A DNA stretch of 64,000 nucleotides, from positions 124,001 to 188,000 of IMG/VR virus record IMGVR_UViG_3300027899_000001, one strand, 5' to 3'. Of the stretch, positions 18,056 through 27,646 are shown piece by piece. Both the position numbers and the translations under genes were made by a program. The notes under the pieces are model-generated. The model ran no database searches. It was not told the origin of the DNA and saw only the letters and a program-made list of their open reading frames with translations. The first letter of the stretch is position 1, and each line of letters opens with the position of its first letter.

Positions 18056-19531
18056 TTATGCAATAAAAGTGCTAGCAGTTGACTTCCTTTTATTTAGAAT
18101 TTCTTTCAATGCTTCTGCTTCTTTTTCTGCTATAAATGATAGTTTTTTAGACTGTCTTCTTTGAGTATAATATTCAGTTAAAATTTCTGGAAGTAAAGGT
18201 TCATAAGATGCATCAAAGACTGCGCCGCTTGATGTTTTGATTTCTGTGTTCTTTGGAATATATGATTTATCTTTCTTTATGAAATTTTCAATGGATAACT
18301 TAAACTGTCTCATTATTGAGGGATAAAGAGACGCAAAGTCAAAAGATGCAACCCAAGGATAAAGATTAGGAATTGGTTGAAAAACAAAAGCTCCTTCATA
18401 AGATTCTCTATCTTTTTTATCTTCTCTTTTTGGAAAAATTTGGCCTCTTTTATATGCATATCTTACTAAAGTTGCTTCTAAAGTAAAGATAGGTGAAAAT
18501 GCATCCATTGCCTCAACTCTTGTGATATTTGCTAATCCTAAGAATGTTCCCATAGTTTTTAACTTTGTATCTAAAAGTTCTACAAGAACACTGTCTATGG
18601 CATTATAAAATACGTATTGAGGAAAATCTTTTTGATATTGTTCTTGAAGTGTGCCAGGATATTTTACTTTTCTAACTTCTAATGCTTCTTCTGATACAAA
18701 ATCTAATGTATCATTTTCTTTTACTTCAATAGTTCTATCCCATTTTTGATATATTGACATATAATCAACAATAAGTTTATGTTGAGGCAACATTATAACC
18801 ACATCAGCATTTTTATCTTTAATTTTATGTTCATACCATTGTCCTGTTGGAGATAACCAAGATACATCTAAATTAAGTTTTTTGCATCTATTCATTAAAT
18901 ATCTCCAATCATATCCCCAAAAGTTCCAGCCTGTTATAAGTGGAGAAACTCTAACATAATTATAAAGAAAATCATAAAGCATATCTGCTTCATTTGCATG
19001 GTATTTATAAATAAAGCGATATTTTTTTCCAAATTTCTTAACATGATCATTTATATTTTTTTCAATTGTTTTACAATCTTCTCCACTTAATATCTTACTT
19101 CCGAAGACTGTTATATCAGGATATTGAGAAAAAGCTACTGTAGTTACTTTATTTTGTGCAGTTTCAGGATCTGCAAATCCTTCATCTGTTACCTCTACTT
19201 CAATATCTGCTACTGAAAGCTTAGGCATATTAGGTTCAAATAAATGTGATGTAAGTTCTTCACCAGCATCTATAAAGAATTCTTGAGTTCTATATCTATT
19301 AAGAAATTGTGTCGGAACTTTTCTTACTGGCTTAAAATCCCAAGATTGCAATCCTTGAACTGCTCCGCCTCTTTGAGCATACATATACATATACTGTTGA
19401 TTAGCCGGAATGTTTAATTGTGTAAACCCAATCATTCCATCTTTTTTTACATATGATATGATAAATTTTTGAGGTCTCTGTTCTATATTTATAATCATTT
19501 CTTTTGTATTTTGTATTATATGTATTGACAT
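18056..19531 (-). CDS. Family B DNA polymerase, N-terminal subunit (exonuclease plus motif A; gp43A-like)
   Basis: DIE, TGWN..YD, YNAIDS, SFDFASLYPSIM; stops before motifs B and C. Confidence 0.85.
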   Translation of the reverse strand: MSIHIIQNTKEMIINIEQRPQKFIISYVKKDGMIGFTQLNIPANQQYMYMYAQRGGAVQGLQSWDFKPVRKVPTQFLNRYRTQEFFIDAGEELTSHLFEPNMPKLSVADIEVEVTDEGFADPETAQNKVTTVAFSQYPDITVFGSKILSGEDCKTIEKNINDHVKKFGKKYRFIYKYHANEADMLYDFLYNYVRVSPLITGWNFWGYDWRYLMNRCKKLNLDVSWLSPTGQWYEHKIKDKNADVVIMLPQHKLIVDYMSIYQKWDRTIEVKENDTLDFVSEEALEVRKVKYPGTLQEQYQKDFPQYVFYNAIDSVLVELLDTKLKTMGTFLGLANITRVEAMDAFSPIFTLEATLVRYAYKRGQIFPKREDKKDRESYEGAFVFQPIPNLYPWVASFDFASLYPSIMRQFKLSIENFIKKDKSYIPKNTEIKTSSGAVFDASYEPLLPEILTEYYTQRRQSKKLSFIAEKEAEALKEILNKRKSTASTFIA

Positions 19532-19534
19532 AAA

Positions 19535-19563
19535 AAAAGTTTAATCGACTTGATTAAACTTTT
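19535..19563 (-). terminator. Intergenic hairpin/terminator
   Basis: AAAAGTTTAATC-GACTT-GATTAAACTTTT. Confidence 0.5.
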
Positions 19564-19573
19564 GTTAATTGAT

Positions 19574-19939
19574 TTAATTTTCAAAAGGATGTGTTTCTAA
19601 ATATTGAATCATTTCTTCTATTGTATGAAATGTAAATACAGGAATTTTTAGATTTTTTGCGTGAATTTCTTCTTTATCAGCACCCATACTCGTTATTTCT
19701 TTTTCATTTTTAATTGGTTTAATTCTGATCATAACATCACAACAAGACAGAAATTCAAAATCAAGTGTTAACCAATCCTTTTCAGGACGGGGATGTCTCA
19801 TATGTTGAAAATGAGTAAGTAATGGAGTATATGGAGCATATCCTCGAGTTATAAGTTCTTCTGCTATGTCCATCTGTAAATTTACATTTTCATCTTTGTC
19901 TCCATTTGTATATGGAGAAGCTATGTATACTTTTACCAT
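19574..19939 (-). CDS. Nucleoside deoxyribosyltransferase-like (DUF1937/DUF4406-type) protein
   Basis: VYIASPYT...D..FLSCCD...SMGADKE. Confidence 0.7.
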   Translation of the reverse strand: MVKVYIASPYTNGDKDENVNLQMDIAEELITRGYAPYTPLLTHFQHMRHPRPEKDWLTLDFEFLSCCDVMIRIKPIKNEKEITSMGADKEEIHAKNLKIPVFTFHTIEEMIQYLETHPFEN

Positions 19940-19943
19940 GTAA

Positions 19944-20171
19944 TTATGAATTTAATTGTTGAGGTTTTTCTTTTACTTTTTCATCAACTAATACGCCAAG
20001 ACCGGTAAGAGTTTCATACGCTATTATATAATTGAGGGGTAAACTTTCTGGTTTATTGCCCGTGTTAGCTAAAATTATATCTAACATTGATTGAAGTGAA
20101 TTCTGACATACTGGATTATCATAACGATATTCCTTTTCTACTTTTGCTAATTTTTTTAAATCTATTCTCAT
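19944..20171 (-). CDS. Hypothetical protein
   Basis: 75-aa ORF within the operon. Confidence 0.6.
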   Translation of the reverse strand: MRIDLKKLAKVEKEYRYDNPVCQNSLQSMLDIILANTGNKPESLPLNYIIAYETLTGLGVLVDEKVKEKPQQLNS

Positions 20172-20183
20172 ATTTTTTAATTT

Positions 20184-20699
20184 TTAATTTTTATCTGTTG
20201 AACCAAATCCATCTGCTCCACGAGTTGTTTCCATTTCATAAAATTCTTTTGGAGTTTTATTTTCATCAATATGTATAGTTGATGTATAAATAGGTAATTC
20301 TAAGAATTGTAATATTTTTTGTCCTGGAAGTATTTCACAAGATCCATGTCCAGTGTATATAAGACTTAAATGAATTTCTCCTTGATATTCATAGTCTACG
20401 ACTTGAGCCCCAAATATTAATCCTAGTTTTGTTGCAACTCCTGATTTATTTGCAGCAACAAGTGCTCTATCAGGAGAAGCTAATTGGCAATGAATACCCG
20501 ACGGTATTAATACTCTTTGTCCAGGTTCAAGAATTATACTAAATTTACTAATATTTACATCGGAATTTTTTTCTTTAAGAACATTGACAAATTCTGGCGT
20601 AAATTCTGGAACATAAAAATCTATTCCTGCATCATATTTATTTGCTCTACTTGGAGATTTAACTTCTCTAGTCTTTAAAAATTTAATTCTTTCTATCAT
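20184..20699 (-). CDS. dut: Trimeric dUTPase
   Basis: AGIDF, KSG, VDYEYQGEI, RGADGFGST. Confidence 0.93.
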   Translation of the reverse strand: MIERIKFLKTREVKSPSRANKYDAGIDFYVPEFTPEFVNVLKEKNSDVNISKFSIILEPGQRVLIPSGIHCQLASPDRALVAANKSGVATKLGLIFGAQVVDYEYQGEIHLSLIYTGHGSCEILPGQKILQFLELPIYTSTIHIDENKTPKEFYEMETTRGADGFGSTDKN

Positions 20700-20882
20700 A
20701 TATTATCTTTTAAATATTATATTATAAGTCTTTAAAAAGTTTTTAATATTCGATAAGTATTTTCAAAATTATACTATTTGTATATTCAGCTATGTCATGT
20801 GTTAAATAGGTAATCCAGATTCACAAAAAATGATTATATTTGTTATAAATATTATAAATACTAACTAAAATTATTAAAAATT

Positions 20883-21344
20883 ATGAAAAAATTTATCTTT
20901 ATGGCATTACTTTTAGTAGCTATTAGTATTGCATCTTTTGCAAAGGACAAAGAATTTATTGCTGAAGGTAAAACATATTCAGCAGTTGGAGACTATAAGA
21001 TTGAAATGGCTGATGCACCTGCCATTGTTAATGGAGAAGAACTTAAAGCATATGTTATAAGTTATCAAAATTCTCCTTTAGAAATCACTGTTGCTATTAA
21101 ACAAGAAAAAAAATGTAAAAACTTTATTGTTCTTTCACAAAAATTATGTGTTAAATACGTTTGTAATAAAAAGTATTTTGGAGTAGAAAAACTTAATATG
21201 AAAGATGATGGATATGAAACTTCTGATAATTCTTTAAATAAAGAAGAATATTATCATCAAAGAATTATAACTTCTGGTGGAAACTCAGAATTAGACAATA
21301 CAAGATTAATAGCAGCATATTTTCATGCTCTTATTAAAACTTAA
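20883..21344 (+). CDS. Secreted protein, host-like
   Basis: Signal peptide MKKFIFMALLLVAISIASFA; own TATATTTG element; opposite strand to neighbours. Confidence 0.7.
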   Translation: MKKFIFMALLLVAISIASFAKDKEFIAEGKTYSAVGDYKIEMADAPAIVNGEELKAYVISYQNSPLEITVAIKQEKKCKNFIVLSQKLCVKYVCNKKYFGVEKLNMKDDGYETSDNSLNKEEYYHQRIITSGGNSELDNTRLIAAYFHALIKT

Positions 21345-21364
21345 AACTTAAATAAAGAATTTAG

Positions 21365-21390
21365 AGGGTGTATTAAATATGCACCCTTTT
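21365..21390. terminator. Bidirectional terminator
   Basis: AGGGTGTAT...ATGCACCCT between convergent genes. Confidence 0.7.
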
Positions 21391-21610
21391 ATTTGTTTTC
21401 TGTTTTTTCTTTTTCACTAAATGCTATTGCGAGAGCTTGTTTCTGGCCAGCCTTTGTTCTTGGAACTTTTTTCTTTGATTTACCTATATGTTGTTCACCT
21501 TCTTTCCAGTGATGCATTACTTTTTCAAATTTTTTGTCACCTTTAGTTTTCTTTTCTTTTTTAGCTTCATTAAGAAACTCGTCTAAATTTTGATTAACTA
21601 AATTTTTCAT
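21389..21610 (-). CDS. Small basic DUF6496-like protein with LDEFLNE leader
   Basis: EKVMHHWKEG..H.GKSKKKV...KQALAIAFSE. Confidence 0.6.
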   Translation of the reverse strand: MKNLVNQNLDEFLNEAKKEKKTKGDKKFEKVMHHWKEGEQHIGKSKKKVPRTKAGQKQALAIAFSEKEKTENK

Positions 21611-21621
21611 AGTGTTTTAAT

Positions 21622-22773
21622 TTATTTATTTTCATTCATTTGTTGTGAAAACTCATCAAATGTAATAATTTCATGTTCAAACTTTTTTGTAGTTATAGCG
21701 TTTTGATTTCCCTTTTCTTTTTTCGTTTTAAACGGAGATGTTTTTCCACCTTTTAACATTTTACCTATTGTAGTATTATCATTGTGTGGATTAGTGTTCT
21801 CTTCTTCTATCTTTTTAGGACGTTTTTTAGCAACAGTTTTCCTTTTTTTCTTAGGATTTGGTGATTGTGTATATGGTTTCTTATTTATAGAATTACCCCA
21901 ATTATCTCCAGAGCCTGTTGATGATGTACCTGTCATTTGAGCTCCAGTTGTAGCTGCCATAGAAGCTGGTGCTCCTGTACCCATTCCTGGTGTAGCTCCG
22001 GCTCCCATCATTTCACTTACTGTTCGTGCTTTCATATTTGAATTTTTATTTTCATTTTTTTGAACTATTACATTTCTTAAAAATCTTGATTGAAAAAGTT
22101 CATCTTTATCTCCTTTTCTAATCGTAATATATCTTCTATAATATCTATTTAATATTTGCCAATATTCTTCCTTTAAAATAGAACTCTTATCTTCCTTATC
22201 TGCTATAATTTCATTTAAATCATCTACTTTCAATATATGAGGAGCAACTTCATAAAGCCATTCAGCAAAATCCTCCCAAGTATCAAAAGTTCTTTTAGCA
22301 TATACGCCTATTCCTAAATCTTTAATAGGATCTGAATGTTCTGTAAATTTTTCATTTACACTTGAGTTTTGTTTTTTCTTTAAGATTTTTAAAAATTCTT
22401 TAAAACTATTATAAGTATTAGGAGCTAATAGTTTTTCAGATATTATTTGTTTGCTAATTTGTTTTAAATCTAAGTCAATTCTATCTAATAAAAAGAATGC
22501 CTGATCAAAATATTTTTTCCAAATTAAATTTATAAAAAGATGTCTTCCTTGTTCTTCTTTATCAAATTGATTAGTAGACATAAAGTAATCTGCAAAATCA
22601 TATCTATTATGAACTAAAAGATATCGTAATGTATAGTATCCTCCTGCATTTTCATCATTTTTTAACCCATGATATCCTCTATATTTGTCTAAAGCCCGTT
22701 TCATTCCAATACCCATATCATGAACAGGATCAGTATCTTCAACAAACTTTTCATTTATTTTAAGCTTTTGCAT
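21622..22773 (-). CDS. Tag family polyprotein, 2 modules plus a Gly/Lys-rich tail
   Basis: INEKFVEDTDPVHDMGIG and VNEKFTEHSDPIKDLGIG; ATG at 22773. Confidence 0.8.
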   Translation of the reverse strand: MQKLKINEKFVEDTDPVHDMGIGMKRALDKYRGYHGLKNDENAGGYYTLRYLLVHNRYDFADYFMSTNQFDKEEQGRHLFINLIWKKYFDQAFFLLDRIDLDLKQISKQIISEKLLAPNTYNSFKEFLKILKKKQNSSVNEKFTEHSDPIKDLGIGVYAKRTFDTWEDFAEWLYEVAPHILKVDDLNEIIADKEDKSSILKEEYWQILNRYYRRYITIRKGDKDELFQSRFLRNVIVQKNENKNSNMKARTVSEMMGAGATPGMGTGAPASMAATTGAQMTGTSSTGSGDNWGNSINKKPYTQSPNPKKKRKTVAKKRPKKIEEENTNPHNDNTTIGKMLKGGKTSPFKTKKEKGNQNAITTKKFEHEIITFDEFSQQMNENK

Positions 22774-23308
22774 TTTCAATCAATCTTGTTTTTATGCCTC
22801 TTATAGATTGCGCTAGTCTAATATTAGCAGGATCATCATCAAAGAAAGTAATTTCATCGTATTTAGTCATAAGTTTACGAAGAATTTTACGCTTTTCTTC
22901 TGCAATGTTTATATCTCCTTTATCATCACCTATTGTAATAATATGTTCCAATTCAATCTCAATTCCGTGTTTCTTTAGAAATTCATAGATATAAGATTTA
23001 ACTGCTTTACTTCTTGCTGTAAGTATGTAAATATCTGATGTGGTTCTATCTTCTCTAATTGCATTACTTATATTTCTTAATATAGGCCATGCATTATGTT
23101 TCTTAGCATTAAGTATTAAATCACCATTCACGAAATCAGAAAAATCTAATTTATCACCGGGTTTCTTAATATAAAAATTATATTCTTTAGGTGTTATAGA
23201 AGTGACAAATGCTCCCCTATTGTAAATATGAATTTTTGCATCTGTTTTGACAAGAGTCTCATCAAAATCAAAAATGTACGCTTTCTTATATATTGTCTGT
23301 GCTCTCAT
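22760..23308 (-). CDS. HAD-superfamily phosphatase
   Basis: FDFDETL, ILTAR, K, FFDDD. Confidence 0.8.
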   Translation of the reverse strand: MRAQTIYKKAYIFDFDETLVKTDAKIHIYNRGAFVTSITPKEYNFYIKKPGDKLDFSDFVNGDLILNAKKHNAWPILRNISNAIREDRTTSDIYILTARSKAVKSYIYEFLKKHGIEIELEHIITIGDDKGDINIAEEKRKILRKLMTKYDEITFFDDDPANIRLAQSIRGIKTRLIENAKA

Positions 23309-23310
23309 AA

Positions 23311-23784
23311 TTAATAACGTAATAAAAATTGTTTTGTGTTAAATTGAATGACAGCTTCTATCGTTCCTATAAATTGTTTCATATTATCTTCAGATTTATA
23401 TTCATCTTCATTATATTCATATTGAAATGTTCCTATTTTTCCAGCACTTGTATTATATAATTTAAATATACATATTTCTTCATGTGCTCCCGATGTTCTA
23501 AATTTGCTATTATGTATTAATCTTCCTTTTCTTATAACATTTCTAATTTCACTTATATTAGCAACTCTATTATTTTGTGTATCAGCAAGAAAATATACAT
23601 GACCTAAAGGCAAGTTAAACGCTTTTAATACTCTTTGCACCCAATCATTATCCATGCCGCCCATTTTACCATTAAATAATTCTGCACTTTTTACCTGTTC
23701 TCTTAGTTTTTTTAATCCTATACCCATATCATGAACTGGATCTGATTCTTCTCTAAACTTTTCGTATATATATTGAGCTTTCAT
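23311..23784 (-). CDS. Tag family, 1 module
   Basis: IYEKFREESDPVHDMGIG; payload resembles that of 46207. Confidence 0.8.
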   Translation of the reverse strand: MKAQYIYEKFREESDPVHDMGIGLKKLREQVKSAELFNGKMGGMDNDWVQRVLKAFNLPLGHVYFLADTQNNRVANISEIRNVIRKGRLIHNSKFRTSGAHEEICIFKLYNTSAGKIGTFQYEYNEDEYKSEDNMKQFIGTIEAVIQFNTKQFLLRY

Positions 23785-24137
23785 TCTTCTATAAAAATTT
23801 TTTCATCTCCTGTAGAAAAATATTCATTATCTTCTTCACTAATAAACGCAAAATTTGAAGAGGTTTCAATAGATTTATTTGTAGTATCATCTGTAAAATG
23901 AAATCTAACAGATTTTACAGGAAATGTATAATTTTTTTCTGGACTATTCCATCCACCTTTATGAAATTTTCCTGATACTTTTTTTCCTTTGAATTGTGAT
24001 ATCCAATCTCTCCATTCTACATAAGCAACTCCTAAAATATCATGGTGTACTTTTCTAGGACTTACTCCCCCAATTCCCATGTCATGAACAGGATCTGATT
24101 CTTCGTCAAATTTCTCAAATATACCATGTGCTCTCAT
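23781..24137 (-). CDS. Tag family, 1 module
   Basis: IFEKFDEESDPVHDMGIG; payload resembles module 2 of 45560. Confidence 0.8.
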   Translation of the reverse strand: MRAHGIFEKFDEESDPVHDMGIGGVSPRKVHHDILGVAYVEWRDWISQFKGKKVSGKFHKGGWNSPEKNYTFPVKSVRFHFTDDTTNKSIETSSNFAFISEEDNEYFSTGDEKIFIEE

Positions 24138-24151
24138 TACATGTATTTTAT

Positions 24152-24189
24152 TTTATATATTCAAAACAAAGGGAGCACTAAGGCTCCCT
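24152..24189 (-). promoter_or_regulatory. Terminator fused to putative late promoter GAATATATAAA
   Basis: GGGAGC-6-GCTCCC, then TTTGTTTT, then GAATATATAAA. Confidence 0.65.
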
Positions 24190-24213
24190 CGCTATCGTAA
24201 TTAAGTTTGAAAA

Positions 24214-26199
24214 TTATTCTTTTTCTTTCTTTTCGTCGTCTTCGTCTTCATCTTCTTCGTCATCTTCATCTTCAACTTTAGTATCATCATCTTCACCTAT
24301 ACCTGAAAAATCAATTTCACTATCATCTACTTCTATTGGAGCTGCTGATGTTGTTTCTTCTGGTCCTGCTTCACCTTCTTCTGGAACTTCTTCCATTTCA
24401 ATTTCTCCACCAAACATTTCAGCTACATCTACGCCCTTTTCTTCTAACCAAGTTTTAAGAGTAGGCCATGATTCTGCAGAAACTTTTATCTTATTTTCTT
24501 CAAATTCAGTTGTTGCTTCTACGGGTTCTTCTCCTTCTGCAGGAACCTCTTCTGTAGGTTGATCTGTTAATTCTGGAGCTTCTTCTCCTTGATCACCTAA
24601 ACTAAGATCATCACTTGCTCCTAAATCTTCTTCTGGTTGTTCATCATCTGCCTCATTCATCGATTCTTTAACATTTCCTTCTGGAGCGGCAGGAACTTCT
24701 GCACCTTCTACAGGTTCTTCTGCTGGAACTTCTTCTGGAGTTTCTTCTGGCATTTCCGGTTCTTCAACTTCTGCAGGAACTTCAGTTTCTGGAGCTTCTA
24801 CTGGAACTCTTTCTGCTTGAACACCAAGTTCTGAAAGTTCATCAATTGCTGAATCAACATCGTCTACTGTAATAATAAATTCAGTTATTTCAACTTTTTC
24901 AACATTATCTTCTTCAGGATTTTCTTCTGGTACTTCACCTTCTGGTGTTTCTTCTTCACCTTCAACATTTTCAAGATCTTCATCTTTTAATTCATCTTCT
25001 TCATCAGCTTCTTTTTCAGCTTCAAATAAATCATATGAAGCAGTATTTTTAGCTTTAAGATTTTCAATTAATTTTTTCATTTTATCTTTAATAGCTAAAG
25101 ATTCATTTGATTCATCATTAAGACCCGGGCGTCCTTTATCTTTAAAATCATATTTACGAGGATCTTCTTCTGGACGATTAGCATCATTATCTAAATCATC
25201 TTCATCTTCACTATATTCATTAAGTTCTTCTTCATCTTCATCGTCCATGTCTTCATCGTCCATGTCTTCATCGTCCATGTCTTCATCATCAAGATCTTCG
25301 TCATCAAGATCTTCATCATCTTCTGGATAATCTTCATCTTCTGGAAGATCTTCTCCTATATCTTCAATATCTTCATCATCTTCAAGTTCTTCATCTTCGA
25401 ATTCTTCGTCTTCAAGTTCTTCATCTTCTCCTTGCGGAGTTTTCCAATATGTTAAAACGATTTTTTCGTCATCTTCTTCATATTCAAATTGATCTGTTTC
25501 AGCATGATCTCCTGCTTCTTCAGCACCATTGAATCGATTTTCATCAAATTCTACTTCATCTGCAGGACCTTCATCATCCATATCTTCATCATCAAGATCT
25601 TCATTTCCTTCATAATCGCTAGCTTCCATATCTTCATCTTCTACTTCGTCTAGATCATCATTATCTTTATCATCATCGTCCATAGATTCTTTAACAAATC
25701 TTCCTCTTAAACTTTCATTCTTCATTTTATTAGGAATATCTGCATATTCATCTTCTGAATATTCTTCTTCTACTTCTTCAGATTCAACATTAGCAGCTTT
25801 TCCTCTTTCTGCTTTGAATCTATTATCTTTTTTAGCTTCATTAACAACAGTATCATTTACAGATACAAATTTATTAACTAATCTTTGTCCGATATTAGAT
25901 AGCTTAAAATACGTAACGCCATTTCTACTTTCAGTAACAAAGTATTTGGCGTTTCTTTTAATAAACATATTTGCAGCAGCTGGAGTTGAACCGCCTTCTT
26001 TAAGACCTACGATAAATCTTTTAAGATCTATTTTACTTACTGATGCGTTTTCAGCTACAAATGATAATACCTGATTACGTAAAGGAGCATTTGTGCCTGC
26101 TGTTATTGTAGGTCTCATGCCATATTTACGTTTCAACGTTATAGAATTTGATTCGCCTAAATACTCACTAAGTGTTTTGGGAACATACATTTTTTTCAT
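24214..26199 (-). CDS. Extremely acidic protein, putative prohead core/scaffold or internal head protein
   Basis: D/E-rich 661 aa with many [ILVM]xE sites; GAATATATAAA upstream (26228-26238). Confidence 0.5.
   Translation of the reverse strand: MKKMYVPKTLSEYLGESNSITLKRKYGMRPTITAGTNAPLRNQVLSFVAENASVSKIDLKRFIVGLKEGGSTPAAANMFIKRNAKYFVTESRNGVTYFKLSNIGQRLVNKFVSVNDTVVNEAKKDNRFKAERGKAANVESEEVEEEYSEDEYADIPNKMKNESLRGRFVKESMDDDDKDNDDLDEVEDEDMEASDYEGNEDLDDEDMDDEGPADEVEFDENRFNGAEEAGDHAETDQFEYEEDDEKIVLTYWKTPQGEDEELEDEEFEDEELEDDEDIEDIGEDLPEDEDYPEDDEDLDDEDLDDEDMDDEDMDDEDMDDEDEEELNEYSEDEDDLDNDANRPEEDPRKYDFKDKGRPGLNDESNESLAIKDKMKKLIENLKAKNTASYDLFEAEKEADEEDELKDEDLENVEGEEETPEGEVPEENPEEDNVEKVEITEFIITVDDVDSAIDELSELGVQAERVPVEAPETEVPAEVEEPEMPEETPEEVPAEEPVEGAEVPAAPEGNVKESMNEADDEQPEEDLGASDDLSLGDQGEEAPELTDQPTEEVPAEGEEPVEATTEFEENKIKVSAESWPTLKTWLEEKGVDVAEMFGGEIEMEEVPEEGEAGPEETTSAAPIEVDDSEIDFSGIGEDDDTKVEDEDDEEDEDEDDEKKEKE
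25235..25320. repeat. 15-bp coding tandem repeat (D[ML]DDE, about 5 units)
   Basis: Three exact TCTTCATCGTCCATG units plus variants. Confidence 0.85.
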
Positions 26200-26275
26200 A
26201 TTATTAACATTAATTTTATTTTTATAGTTTATATATTCATATACAAAATAACACTTTGAACATTTTTTGTAACAT

Positions 26276-27370
26276 CTATTTTAAATTAAAATATTTAAAA
26301 TATTCATCTTTAATCTTCCAATAATATATAATATTATCTATTGTGTTTTTATACCCATACACCTTTTTAGTTAAACCCGGTTGAAAAATAAGATACTCTA
26401 ATAATCCCATTTCTTTTAATATATCAGTTATATGTTGCAAAGCATCTTTATGCGGCATTTCTTTTCCAAACAAAATAAGATGTCGTTGTATATCAAACGC
26501 ATATTGATATGATCCAAAATGATTTTTATTTACCTGCCATAATTTTCCTAATTTATTTTGTATAACATGTTCAATACCAATTCCCAAATCAGTAATTGGA
26601 TCCGATTCTTCAGAAAATTTCTCTTGTAAATATGGCTTTTTGGGCTTAAATGGTTTTACTTCTATATAAAAAAATTTCTTTAGCGCATAAATAACTTTAT
26701 CAAGTTCTATCTTATCGCCCCTTCTAATGATTAAATCATTTATTGTATCTTCAAATATTTTTTGTATATCTTCTTGATTATCAATATCTTTATTTACAAT
26801 ATGTTTTAAAACTTTAAAAACGGCAAATGCTTCATTTGTAAATTTTTCATTTCCATAATAATGTATAGCAGACTCAATTGAATTTATTCCACCTTCTCTT
26901 TTAAGTTCCTTTTCCCAGAATTTTTTTATGCCTATTCCTAAATCAGCGATTGGATCTGATTCTTCTTCGAATTTTTCGTATACTTTTCGTCTTTTTGGCT
27001 TAACAGGATTTATAATTATATGAAAATATTTATCTAAACACTCAGCTATTTTTTTAAGATCTATATATTCATCACTACTATATCTATAATATCTGTTTAT
27101 AGCTTTTTCATATTGATATTGAAGATCTTTTGATTCAATAGAACCTTGTTGTATAACACCTTCTAATACTAAATATACTACATAAATTTCTTCGCCGTAT
27201 TTATCTGTTCCATAATACTCTTTTGATAATGTTCCGACACCCTTTCTGCCCATATCATAATAGGCAGTTCTCCATGATTTTAATAGATATTCTTTTCCAA
27301 TACCTAAATCATGGACAGGATCTGTCTCCTCAGAAAATTTTTCGTTTATATGTTCTTTAATTATCTTCAT
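26276..27370 (-). CDS. Tag family polyprotein, 3 modules (start MKIIKEHINE at 27370)
   Basis: Three tag copies; modules 1 and 2 resemble each other. Confidence 0.8.
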   Translation of the reverse strand: MKIIKEHINEKFSEETDPVHDLGIGKEYLLKSWRTAYYDMGRKGVGTLSKEYYGTDKYGEEIYVVYLVLEGVIQQGSIESKDLQYQYEKAINRYYRYSSDEYIDLKKIAECLDKYFHIIINPVKPKRRKVYEKFEEESDPIADLGIGIKKFWEKELKREGGINSIESAIHYYGNEKFTNEAFAVFKVLKHIVNKDIDNQEDIQKIFEDTINDLIIRRGDKIELDKVIYALKKFFYIEVKPFKPKKPYLQEKFSEESDPITDLGIGIEHVIQNKLGKLWQVNKNHFGSYQYAFDIQRHLILFGKEMPHKDALQHITDILKEMGLLEYLIFQPGLTKKVYGYKNTIDNIIYYWKIKDEYFKYFNLK

Positions 27371-27626
27371 GAGTTTTTGCATAACGATCATGGCCAGCTT
27401 TCCATGCTTTATGCAATGGTGTTCCCACATTTATACTATGTGAAATCGTTTTTCCTGCTAATCCAGATAAAAACATTTTATTTATAGTTTTACTTTTATC
27501 CAATTTTTCTGGATCTACTTTAGCATAATAATTATATACTTTAGTTAACTGTGCCTCATTTTCATTAAGAAATTCATCAAGAGATTCTGCTATGAAATTT
27601 TCTTTTTTATTAACATTTTTTTCCAT
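27357..27626 (-). CDS. Small hypothetical protein with ESLDEFLNE leader
   Basis: Leader shared with 21389..21610. Confidence 0.6.
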   Translation of the reverse strand: MEKNVNKKENFIAESLDEFLNENEAQLTKVYNYYAKVDPEKLDKSKTINKMFLSGLAGKTISHSINVGTPLHKAWKAGHDRYAKTHEDN

Positions 27627-27646
27627 TTTCTTATATATTATTTTTA

